This document shows positions 46,485 through 55,246 of a DNA stretch of 64,000 bases, piece after piece. The notes beneath the pieces were generated by a model. It had not been told where the DNA came from, ran no database searches, and saw only the letters and a list, made by a program, of their open reading frames with translations. The DNA comes from a virus. Its lineage: Duplodnaviria > Caudoviricetes. The stretch spans positions 1 to 64,000 of the IMG/VR virus record IMGVR_UViG_3300044842_000203, one strand, 5' to 3'. The translations under genes and the position numbers were made by a program. Each line of letters begins with the position of its first letter. The first letter of the stretch is position 1.

Positions 46485-47501
46485 GTGACAACCACCACTG
46501 ATCACAGCGGCAGAGCAGTACCACTACTAACCGTCAGCGAGCACGTGCACACTGGCACTACCGCCACGACTGGCGCAGTCCGCTACCTCGACGGCTGGAC
46601 CAACGGCTTCATGGCCATCGTGGCCGCACCACTTCTGCTCTGGGGCGCAGCGAGCACCTTCCAGCTCACCAACGCGTGCTTCCACAACCCGTGGATCTCC
46701 TGGATCCCCGCCGCATCCACCTCCGGCGTGATCCTCGTGACCAGCCGCCTCCGCGAACGCACCGGACTCGACGCGCACATCAAGCGCCTCGCCAGCTACC
46801 TCATCGCCGTCGCGATGACCATCGAAATCTCCGTGTCCGGCATCCAGCACGTGCTCCCCAGCACGCTTAACCCCCCAGCGTTGGTGCTGTTCTTCATGGG
46901 CTGCGTGCCCACCGGCATGGGCGGCTTCACCTACAAGTTGTGGCGCATGGCCGCCGCCGCCGAGCGGGAAGCCAGCGCAGCCGCCGAACAAGCTCGCATC
47001 GAAGCCAGCGAACAGGCGCAAGCCGCCATCGTGGCCGCACAAGCCCAGGCCCAGGCCGAACAGGCGCGTCTCGCAGCGGAGCGGGAAAAAGTCGCCCTCT
47101 GGGAAGACGCCCAGGCCCGCCAGCGCAGCGCCAACCTCGACGCAGAACGCCAACGCGCGCAGCTCGCGCAGCAGATCGCCGAAGCTGAGCAGGTCGCCGC
47201 TGAGGCGCGCGCGCGGGTGAGCGCAGCACTGGATAGCGCCCCGGAAGCCCCGAAAACGACTAAGGCCAACCCGAAGAAACCTCTGCGCGCCGTCGCCACT
47301 GACGCGCTCGGTCGGGTTGCCAAACCATCCCCGAAGCGCGACGCCGCGCTGCGCTACCTGATCGAGCAGGCCAAAGCGGGCCGGCTCGACGAGGTGACCG
47401 CGGCCGAGGTTGACAAGCACATCGAGGCGAACTCCTACGCCCGCCGGTACCTGGCGGAGTGGAAACGAGACGTACTGGCACACCTGCGGGAGGTGGCCTG
47501 A
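46485..47501 (+). CDS. Spread protein SpdB2/DUF2637-like (4 TM + coiled coil)
   Basis: RBS GGAGG-GTG; 4 TM, long A/E/Q coiled coil, C-terminal helical domain; first gene after the GntR operators. Confidence 0.6.
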   Translation: MTTTTDHSGRAVPLLTVSEHVHTGTTATTGAVRYLDGWTNGFMAIVAAPLLLWGAASTFQLTNACFHNPWISWIPAASTSGVILVTSRLRERTGLDAHIKRLASYLIAVAMTIEISVSGIQHVLPSTLNPPALVLFFMGCVPTGMGGFTYKLWRMAAAAEREASAAAEQARIEASEQAQAAIVAAQAQAQAEQARLAAEREKVALWEDAQARQRSANLDAERQRAQLAQQIAEAEQVAAEARARVSAALDSAPEAPKTTKANPKKPLRAVATDALGRVAKPSPKRDAALRYLIEQAKAGRLDEVTAAEVDKHIEANSYARRYLAEWKRDVLAHLREVA

Positions 47502-48965
47502 TTGGCAACCCAGACTCAAGTTCGTAAGACGAAACCGCGCAACCGCAGCCAGCGGGTCGGCAAGACGGCCACCATCCGCCACACCACCACACCAAAGAAG
47601 CCCAAGACATTCAAACAGTGGGCGGGGCAGCGCGGATCGAAGTGGATGGGCCGGCATTGGTCGACTCGCGCGGTGCGCGGCCTGTACCGCTTTGGTCGGC
47701 GCGAAGCTGACGGTATCCGGCGTCGCCGCGCGGACACTAAAGCGAACCGGCCGCACAGCATGCCGTCGCGGCGAGCGATGCTCGCGCGGAAGATGGCCCG
47801 CGCTCGGGCGAAGGCGCGCACCGGGTTCCGCAAGATCGCGCTAGCTGATCAGCACACTCATTGCCTCGGATGCGGGCAGAACTTCCGCAACATTCGCGGC
47901 TACAACGAGCACGCGTGCGCGCAGAACCACGGGACCAAAGCGAAGGCACCGGTGCCGAAGGTGCAGTCACCGACCGCGCCAGCTGCCCCCAAACCGGCAG
48001 CGAAACCCAAGGTGAAGGCGTCTAAACCGGCGTCGAACGGGGGCACAGCTGCCGCTGCTGCGGGTGGTGCTGCGCTCGGGGCAGCCATGGCGGCCGCCGC
48101 GAAAGGGAAGATCGACCACTCGAATCATCCTGCACAGCCAGCCGCGCCGGCCGCTGAGGAGAAGCCCCCCATGGGGCCGATGGCCGCGAAGGCACACGCG
48201 CGGGCTCGCGGGCGCCAGTGGCGGCAAGAGAACAAGGCGCGGCGCAAGCAGGACATGAAGTGGCACGAGCGGGCGCGGGACCGCGCTGGGCGGGAGGCCG
48301 GCGCCGCGGTTGGCCGCAACGCCAAGTGCGTGCAGTGCGGTTGGAAGATCCGCCCAGGTGAGCAGCACGACTGCCAGGGCCGCCGATCCAACGCCAAGAC
48401 GGGCCCCGATCCGGCCGCCGGGGCGCAGTCACCGCCGGCCGCGCCCGCCAAAGCACCAGCACCAGCCAAGACGCCGGCACCAGCACCCAGCAAACCAGTA
48501 GCAGTACCCAAACCCGCCAACGGTGGCGGAGCGACAGGAAAGGGGGCGGCGATGACCGCACCGGCAACAACCAATGGCAGTGCCCCAACCCCATCAGGCA
48601 ACAGCAGTGGCGGCCCGGGGCCGGGCCTCGCGGCGGCGCTCGTGCAGGCGTGGGGCGCGTGGTGTCAGGACATTCCCGAGTTCCACGACGACATGATCGT
48701 GAAAATGAATGCGACTCGGGAAGCCATGGGGCAAATCGCCACCATGCTCCAGGACCACGCCGCGCAGTTGGTGGCCGCGGAGTTCCATCCCGAGTGCGTC
48801 ACTCCACTGCTGTCCGCATCCGCCCAAACGTTGGAAACCGCGAACCATTTCACCAACGTGCTCATGGCCATCGAGCGGGTTTACGGACCACTGCTAAACC
48901 ACTACCGCTCCGGCATTCCTGACCCTGGTGAGAAGTACCTGTCCAGCGGTCGCAAAGGAAGTTGA
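47502..48965 (+). CDS. Transfer accessory protein (TraA-like C-terminal domain)
   Basis: Basic N-terminus, Zn-finger-like motifs, PA-rich linker, helical C-terminal domain; immediately before traB. Confidence 0.45.
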   Translation: MATQTQVRKTKPRNRSQRVGKTATIRHTTTPKKPKTFKQWAGQRGSKWMGRHWSTRAVRGLYRFGRREADGIRRRRADTKANRPHSMPSRRAMLARKMARARAKARTGFRKIALADQHTHCLGCGQNFRNIRGYNEHACAQNHGTKAKAPVPKVQSPTAPAAPKPAAKPKVKASKPASNGGTAAAAAGGAALGAAMAAAAKGKIDHSNHPAQPAAPAAEEKPPMGPMAAKAHARARGRQWRQENKARRKQDMKWHERARDRAGREAGAAVGRNAKCVQCGWKIRPGEQHDCQGRRSNAKTGPDPAAGAQSPPAAPAKAPAPAKTPAPAPSKPVAVPKPANGGGATGKGAAMTAPATTNGSAPTPSGNSSGGPGPGLAAALVQAWGAWCQDIPEFHDDMIVKMNATREAMGQIATMLQDHAAQLVAAEFHPECVTPLLSASAQTLETANHFTNVLMAIERVYGPLLNHYRSGIPDPGEKYLSSGRKGS

Positions 48966-49001
48966 CGATAAACAGAGTCGGGGGAGAAGGGACTCATCAA
49001 T

Positions 49002-51167
49002 ATGTCTAGGCGCGTCGGCTACAGCCCGGCGATCACATCCGAGCAGACTTTCGGCGACTGGTACAACGAGCGTCGTTTGTTGCTGAACCCTTGGGTTGCG
49101 GGTGCGGTCGTCGGGGCGGTCGGCGTGGGCAACTCGCTCATGTTCCCCTTGTGGCCGCACACCATTCTGTGGGTAGCAGTCGCTTCCCTACTGCTGCTCA
49201 TTTGGACAGTGACGCTTACCCACGCACCGCAGCGTTTGTTCTACCGGATATTCATCGCCGTGGGGGCGGCGTGGATGTTCCTTCTGCAAACGCACTGGGC
49301 GGCCGAGCATTGGCGGGCCTTCGTCGTCGGATGGTTCATCGCCACCTCATTGGGATGGATCGGCTATTGGACTGATCAACGGGAGCGGTACAAGGTACGG
49401 GTCCAGGCCGAGCACGACAGTTGGCCTGGTTTGGCGTCCATGCTGGGCATCCCGAAAGCGTGGATGTCACAAAAGGTGACCACGGCCACCGGATGGACCC
49501 AACGCCTGTCGTGGCCACAAGGCACCTACACCCTCTCCCAGATCAAAGGCATGCAGGAACGCCTAGAGGGCGCGCTGAATGTGCCCGCGGGGCAGCTACG
49601 ACTCAAGCCCGTGCGCGACGACGACGACAACATCAACCCCAACGCCATCGAATTGGAGGCCAACACGAACTCCCCCCTGCGCAAACAGCCACTGCGATTC
49701 GACGCACCCACCATGCGCTCGATCTGCGACCAGATGTACGTGGGTAACTACGAGAACCACGAACTGCTGAACGTTCACTGGTGGCACCCCGAGTACGGCG
49801 GTATCCACACGCTGGCCGCGGGCGCCACCCGTTCCGGCAAGAGTGGTTTGTACCGGCTGATGCTGGGCGAGACCGCACCGTGCGACGACGTGGTGCGCCT
49901 CGGCATCGACGCTAAGGGTGGCATGGCACTGCGGCCGTGGGCGCCGCTGTTCGAGTGGCTGGTGTGTGGCCGCTCGGGCCCGGCAGTCGCGGAAACGATC
50001 GCGATGCTGGAGTGGCTAGACGGGGTTATCGACTACCGCTCCACGTACGCGGCGGAGCGCGGCTGGGATGTGTGGAAGGTCAGCCGCCGCCACCCACTGA
50101 TCATCCTTTACATCGACGAGGCCAAAGAGGTGCTGGGCCTCAAGGTCGACAAGTTCCACGCGCTGAGCCTGGTGGAAAAGATCGGCACCATGGGCGCGGG
50201 GGTCGGCGTGCTGCTGTGCGCCGCCACCCAGTATCCGACGATTGAGGCCATCGGATCCAGCCAGATCCAGGCGAACATTTTGCGCCGGTTCTGTTTCCGC
50301 GTGGAGCGCACCAACCACCAGCACGTGATCCTGCCCGACGCCACGGGTATCGACGCGACGTTCCCGGACAAGCCGATCGGGCCGGCGGGGGCGGGCTGGT
50401 GCTTCTTCTCGGACATGGGTTCGATGAAGCCGATTCCGTTGCGGGTGCGGGATCTCAAGCCGGAGCAGGTGTACGAGATTGTCGATTCGTACTACCACGT
50501 GCGCTGCCCGGTGGATGTGGGCACGGCGACACAGCCGGTGCGTCGAGAGGCCTTCGAGGCGCGTAGGCGGTGGACGATGCGTGATCTTCACCGGCCGGAG
50601 TCCTACGGCGATTTGGACGCTGGCGAGTGGTCGGACGAGGCCGACGAGATGGGCGCACGGGACGACGACACCGTGCCTGTGCCCACCCAGCAGAACGTGA
50701 CTGAAAACGTGACTCAGGGCGTGACTGAGACCGTGACTAACAGCGTGACTGAAAGCGTGACTAACGGAAAGGAGCAGGTCGTGACTAGTACAGGAGATCC
50801 GACCACGGTCATCATCGACGGGCAGGAAATCACCGGCGTGCGGGTTCCACTGCGGGACCTCGTGCATCCGCGCAACGCAGCGGATGCGGCGGCATTGCGT
50901 CAGGCCCAGGAGGCGTTCGCGGCGCAGCAGGCCGAGTGGCCGACGGAGATGGCCGACAAGGCGTTCTGGTTGACGTTGCAGACGGCAGGCGACGCCGGGG
51001 TAACCGCGGCGACGTTGATGGCCGCGTGCCACCGCAAGGCGTCGTGGGTGCACGAGCGGATGCACTCAGCCCGGATGTCCAAGCGGGTGGTCGAGGTGGA
51101 AGGTAAGAAGTCTTACTACAAGTTGGCTCCGGGTATGCCAATCCCCGAGCTTGCTAACGCTGTGTAG
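49002..51167 (+). CDS. traB: TraB-type FtsK/SpoIIIE conjugative DNA translocase
   Basis: N-terminal TMs; Walker A GATRSGKS; IDAKGG; Walker B YIDEA; ATQYP; C-terminal wHTH-like domain. Confidence 0.85.
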   Translation: MSRRVGYSPAITSEQTFGDWYNERRLLLNPWVAGAVVGAVGVGNSLMFPLWPHTILWVAVASLLLLIWTVTLTHAPQRLFYRIFIAVGAAWMFLLQTHWAAEHWRAFVVGWFIATSLGWIGYWTDQRERYKVRVQAEHDSWPGLASMLGIPKAWMSQKVTTATGWTQRLSWPQGTYTLSQIKGMQERLEGALNVPAGQLRLKPVRDDDDNINPNAIELEANTNSPLRKQPLRFDAPTMRSICDQMYVGNYENHELLNVHWWHPEYGGIHTLAAGATRSGKSGLYRLMLGETAPCDDVVRLGIDAKGGMALRPWAPLFEWLVCGRSGPAVAETIAMLEWLDGVIDYRSTYAAERGWDVWKVSRRHPLIILYIDEAKEVLGLKVDKFHALSLVEKIGTMGAGVGVLLCAATQYPTIEAIGSSQIQANILRRFCFRVERTNHQHVILPDATGIDATFPDKPIGPAGAGWCFFSDMGSMKPIPLRVRDLKPEQVYEIVDSYYHVRCPVDVGTATQPVRREAFEARRRWTMRDLHRPESYGDLDAGEWSDEADEMGARDDDTVPVPTQQNVTENVTQGVTETVTNSVTESVTNGKEQVVTSTGDPTTVIIDGQEITGVRVPLRDLVHPRNAADAAALRQAQEAFAAQQAEWPTEMADKAFWLTLQTAGDAGVTAATLMAACHRKASWVHERMHSARMSKRVVEVEGKKSYYKLAPGMPIPELANAV
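50696..50786 (+). repeat. GTGACT array, 12-bp period
   Basis: Copies at 50697, 50709, 50721, 50733, 50745, 50757, 50781. Confidence 0.85.
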
Positions 51168-51175
51168 CGGAGGGT

Positions 51176-51287
51176 TCTGGAGTCCAGAGGTCTCCGGAAG
51201 CCTCCGGAGAGTCGGAAAACGCGAGGCCACTCTAGGAAATCTGGAAAATCAGTCCGGAACCCTCCGGAGGTCTCCGGAAACCTCCGG
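51176..51287. repeat. TCCGGA-core repeat cluster downstream of traB (clt-like)
   Basis: About 10 imperfect copies, e.g. tctccggaag cctccggaga ... cctccggagg tctccggaaa cctccggg. Confidence 0.65.
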
Positions 51288-51317
51288 GCCGTCACGAACA
51301 GGAAGTGGTGACTACAG

Positions 51318-51638
51318 ATGGTGACGATGTGGCTCTTACAGCAGCCACCTCCCGAGCACACACACAGCAGCACTGCCGGGTGGGCGTTCCTGATCCTCAC
51401 CGGGGTGCTGTGGGTGGCCTACAAGTGCATCAAGGCCCAAATCAAGCCGATCAACCGCTGCGGCGACTGCCCCAAACCTGACGCCGAGGGCAACCGCAAA
51501 CGCTGCCGCACATGCGGCGACAAACCCGAGATCCTCAACCGCTGGGCGTACTGGCAGATGCGGGCCGGCATTCGCGTGCCCCGCGCCGAACGCCTGCCGC
51601 ACATCACACATCCACGGGCGGTGCCCAAGGATTGGTAG
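51318..51638 (+). CDS. Small TM + CxxC..CxxC protein typical after traB
   Basis: TM then CGDC...CRTC. Confidence 0.6.
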   Translation: MVTMWLLQQPPPEHTHSSTAGWAFLILTGVLWVAYKCIKAQIKPINRCGDCPKPDAEGNRKRCRTCGDKPEILNRWAYWQMRAGIRVPRAERLPHITHPRAVPKDW

Positions 51639-51664
51639 ACGCGAGATTCCGGTTCCCGCAACAC

Positions 51665-51703
51665 GACTGAGCCCCCGGCAAGGACGACGCCGGGGGCTCA
51701 GTC
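51665..51703. terminator. Bidirectional terminator
   Basis: gactgagcccccggc..gccgggggctcagtc between convergent units. Confidence 0.8.
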
Positions 51704-51812
51704 ACATTCTCAGTCACGCTCGCGGGGGCGGCTCAGTCACGGGCAGAGTCACGTCGTCAGTCACGCTCCCCAGCTCAATCCAAGTCACAGCCGGCGGCTC
51801 GATCACAGTCGC
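51700..51812 (-). repeat. Second GTGACT array, inverted
   Basis: AGTCAC at 51700, 51712, 51735, 51747, 51759, 51783; variant at 51807. Confidence 0.8.
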
Positions 51813-52926
51813 GACGGGACGCACGTAAGCAAGTTGCAGCGGCGTGTGGCCGGGCAGCGTGACCCACTTGCGGAGGGCTTGTACGCCGGCCACGGTCTCG
51901 TTCTCAACGTCGGATACGAGGACCGCATCGAGCACGTCGGGGTCTAAGCCCACGGACCTCGCGGCCTCGTCATTGCGGGGTTCGATGATCACCCAGTAGT
52001 CAGCCATCGGGGGCCTCTCAGTGGTGCCAGTAGTAGACGGTGCCGGGCGGCGGGGTGTGCCCCCCGTAGCAGTGGTCCATCACGTAGTCGCGGGCCGCCT
52101 GGAGCTGCGCATCGGTCAGAGCGAAGGTGTCTTCGTAGTGGATGCCGATACCGCAGCCGTGGTCGTCGGACGCGGGTGGCCAGCCGGTGGTGACACCGGC
52201 CGGGAGTGGTTCGGGCAGTGGGTTGTGGTGGCCGGCGAGCCCGAAGCCGAGTAGGAGGGCGAGCACAGCACCCACCACGGCGAGGATGCGCATGGGTCAG
52301 CTCTCCGCAGTGCGGGCGGCGTTGTCGAGCACGTCACCCAGGAAAGCGGCCAGGGCAGGGCGGATGTCGCCAGAGTCGACGTCGATGCCGCGGTGCGCCC
52401 AGTGGGAGAGGATGCCGGAGATGTCCATGGCGATGGTATCGAGGTCGCTGTCACTGATGCCACTAGGCAGTGCTGCGGGACGGTCTGCGGGGAAGACGTC
52501 GACCACCTCGAAATAGCGGCGAACAGCAGCATCGCCGTGATCTTCATCCATCCAGTTGAGCGCTTCTACTCCTGCGTTAGGACCATCGAGCACTGCAACG
52601 ATGCTGGTGTCTTCGCCGGGCCGTTCACAGAGCAAGACGTGCACTCTGCGTCGTCCCAGGGCGCGGCTGATGCAGGTGTCGAGGTCGTCGTCGGAGTTTT
52701 GGACGAGGTCGAGTAGGTCGCGGGCTTTGGCCTCGCCGAATAGGCGGGTGGCTTCGGTTTGGAAGGCGGCAGCCACGCCGTCGATAGCTTGCCCGACATT
52801 GCTGTTGCGGGGGATGTCGAAGGGGTTGGGTACTGCGTCGCCGAAGGCGCGCATGGCGGAGTCGAGGGCGCGCAGGGGGATGAGTTCGGCGGGGTGGACG
52901 GGCTGATTGCGGGGGTCGAGTGCCAC
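51714..52926 (-). other. Early operon: hypotheticals 52297-52926, 52018-52293 (secreted), 51714-52007
   Basis: Promoter 52947-52970, RBS GAGGAG-GTG. Confidence 0.6.
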
Positions 52927-52993
52927 GGGATTCTCCTCACAGGCTTGCCGGAACAACCCCCACCATACCATCACTGTGTGGCTGCGCAACTCG

Positions 52994-53542
52994 TTAACCC
53001 AGTTGGACGCGTCGCAGATCCTCGAACCCCGAGCGGTACAGCTTGTGCGCCTGATTCATCACCCATTCCCACCGATTGAGCAACAGGCGCCGCGCGTTGG
53101 TTTGCGCGTCCTCCCAGGTGATGCGTTCACCGAAGCGGCGCACCACGCGAGCGAACATTTCCCGATCTGAACACGCGCCGTCGTAGGAATACTCCAGCGA
53201 CCGGGCGCGGTCGTAGCCGGGTTTGGTTTTCTCCACCCATAATGCTTCGCCGGTTTGTCCCGCGGCGCATGCCAGTAGCCAGTGCACGACCTTTTCGTCT
53301 TTCACGTCAATCATCTTGACGAAAAGATCTTCCTCAATGTCGATGCTAGTAACCCCCGACACTGACATGTCCTGTTTGCCGCCCACATGCAGCATCACCG
53401 ACATATCCGTCATCGGCAAACCGCCCAGGGCGGCCACCGTCATGTGGGATGCCTCGTGAACAGATGCGGCGGTCACCAGGTGGCGGGCCACCTCGTCACC
53501 GAAGTAGGAATGGCTCGGCAAATCAGCGTGGTAGCGGCTCAT
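52994..53542 (-). CDS. Second zincin (M41-like) HExxH protein
   Basis: SVHEASHMTV...AAGQTGE...D. Confidence 0.7.
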   Translation of the reverse strand: MSRYHADLPSHSYFGDEVARHLVTAASVHEASHMTVAALGGLPMTDMSVMLHVGGKQDMSVSGVTSIDIEEDLFVKMIDVKDEKVVHWLLACAAGQTGEALWVEKTKPGYDRARSLEYSYDGACSDREMFARVVRRFGERITWEDAQTNARRLLLNRWEWVMNQAHKLYRSGFEDLRRVQLG

Positions 53543-53690
53543 GATGAATCACTGTTCCTGTCCATTACTGCCAGATTCGGTGGTGGACCGATCATCGGCG
53601 CCAGGGTCGTCGACGGGTGCCCTTACATCGCCATTAAGTGAAGGCTCGGGGAGGCGTTCAAGGTCATCGTCAGGGCTGCTCACAGTGCTC

Positions 53691-54068
53691 CTAGGTGAGG
53701 GTTTTGCGGTGCCATGTCATGCCGTGCGCGTCCAGCCACTCGCCGAGTTCGGCGGTGAGCTGATCGTGCAGCTCAACAGCGGTCTCCCCGTTGGGGCCGC
53801 GGTAGAACGAACCCGTGTCCCAGCACACCTCAGCTCGGCGAGCGCGGTTTTGCGAATCGACCAGGTACAGCAGAATCGCCAAATGCCCCTTGCCGCTAGT
53901 GGAGGCTTCCCGATTCTGCGGGGTGAGCAGGGTGACTTCCGGGGCGATGTCGCTGGGCGCCTCGTACCACTCGATGTTCTCGGGAATGTCGAGCTGGCGA
54001 GCACAGAACTCGCGCAGCTCGCGGAGGTGGGTGGGGTTGGCGATGTAGATGGTGGTGTCGAGGGTCAT
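53691..54068 (-). CDS. Hypothetical protein
   Basis: Coupled ORF MTLDTTIYI..WDT. Confidence 0.55.
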   Translation of the reverse strand: MTLDTTIYIANPTHLRELREFCARQLDIPENIEWYEAPSDIAPEVTLLTPQNREASTSGKGHLAILLYLVDSQNRARRAEVCWDTGSFYRGPNGETAVELHDQLTAELGEWLDAHGMTWHRKTLT

Positions 54069-54499
54069 CCGGCGTCTCCGGGCATGAGGGTGAGCAGGTC
54101 GCAGTCAATGTCGAGATCAGATCCGAGGGCGCGGCATTCCTTGCAGCGCAGGTCGTAGCAGGCGCGGGGGTCGCGGCAGGGGGGTACGAGACTGTAGGTC
54201 CACTGGAGGTAGTCGTAGACCTGCTCGTTATCCAGCAGTAGTCGCATAGATCGCTGGCCAGGTGGATGGAGGTCGAGCACGAACGTGGCGCCCATACGCT
54301 GCGCGGACAGGTCGAGGTTGTTGACGTAGCGCAGTTGGGCGTCGGCGAAGGTGGCGCGATCAATGATCCAGCGCACCCAGCGGTCGTGCTGGTAGATGGC
54401 CAGGTGGATGGCCATGGGGAACAGCTCGGCGTTGTAGCAGAGTTTGATGGGCCGCTCGCAGCATGCGGTGGTGTCGAGGGCGAGTAGTGGTTTGCACAT
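54065..54499 (-). CDS. SsgA-family sporulation/cell-division protein
   Basis: L.Y....P.AIHL..VRW..DR....DL.....L.L..P......V.DYL.WTY.LVPP matches the SALP pattern. Confidence 0.65.
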   Translation of the reverse strand: MCKPLLALDTTACCERPIKLCYNAELFPMAIHLAIYQHDRWVRWIIDRATFADAQLRYVNNLDLSAQRMGATFVLDLHPPGQRSMRLLLDNEQVYDYLQWTYSLVPPCRDPRACYDLRCKECRALGSDLDIDCDLLTLMPGDAG

Positions 54500-54562
54500 G
54501 GGAGTCTCCTCAAGGCCGGAACATGGCTAAGGGTATCACCACACGGGGCGGTGTTGGTGCGG

Positions 54563-55246
54563 CTAGCGGGTGGTCTTGCGCTGCGGGATGGGCAGGCCGA
54601 GGGTCGCCATGGCGGTGTGCCAGTTGATGGCTATTGCCCACTGCGCGGCGGCGAGGGTGACCTTGCGTTGGCACACGCCGTCGTGCAGCCAGCCCTCGAT
54701 GTCGTCTTTGGTGTTGCGGTACGGGGGGTTGGCGTTGGGGATGTCGGAGACCTGCGGCCAGAAGTTGGTGACGTCATCGGAGCCGCCGAGCCATAGGGGC
54801 ACGTCGTGGTCGAGTTCGGTCTTGGCGCGCTGGCTGGGGGGCACGCCGTAGGCGTGCATCGCCGCGGTTTTGAGCGCGTCGGTTTCGTCTTTGGGTGGGC
54901 GGATCGTTTGGGTCGACCAGGCGGGGTTGCAGATGGTTTGGTCGATGTTGTCTTGGGTGATGTCGGAGCGCACGGAGCCGGGGGTGCAGGCGCGCACCGG
55001 GAGACTGGGGTCGGCGCCGGTGGGTCGGACGCACAGGCTTGGGTAGGGCAGTCCGGTGACGTGGTTGCCGTTGGGGGTGATGGTGAGTACGCCGGGGTGG
55101 TCGTCGCGGTGTGCGGCGAGTTGGGCGTCGGTGGGTGGTGTGTTGATGCCGGCGTCGGGTGGTGTGGTGACGCGGAATGCGGGCGCCTGATTGGTACAGC
55201 CGGCGAGTAGAAGTGTGCAGCAGATGGTTAGTAGTGCGCGGCGCAT
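54563..55246 (-). CDS. Lipoprotein with HNH-like domain
   Basis: LAGC lipobox; TPG..TIC; ELDHDVPLWLGGSDDVTNFWPQ..KD..E..LH..VC. Confidence 0.7.
   Translation of the reverse strand: MRRALLTICCTLLLAGCTNQAPAFRVTTPPDAGINTPPTDAQLAAHRDDHPGVLTITPNGNHVTGLPYPSLCVRPTGADPSLPVRACTPGSVRSDITQDNIDQTICNPAWSTQTIRPPKDETDALKTAAMHAYGVPPSQRAKTELDHDVPLWLGGSDDVTNFWPQVSDIPNANPPYRNTKDDIEGWLHDGVCQRKVTLAAAQWAIAINWHTAMATLGLPIPQRKTTR

Noticed and set aside
49002-51167. FtsK ATPase as a genome-packaging motor or chromosomal FtsK
   Set aside because: N-terminal TMs and Kor/Spd context fit TraB; the phage has an HK97 portal implying terminase packaging
50696-51812. Repeats as a CRISPR array
   Set aside because: Units are 6-9 bp with 12-bp period, no unique 30-40 bp spacers and no cas genes
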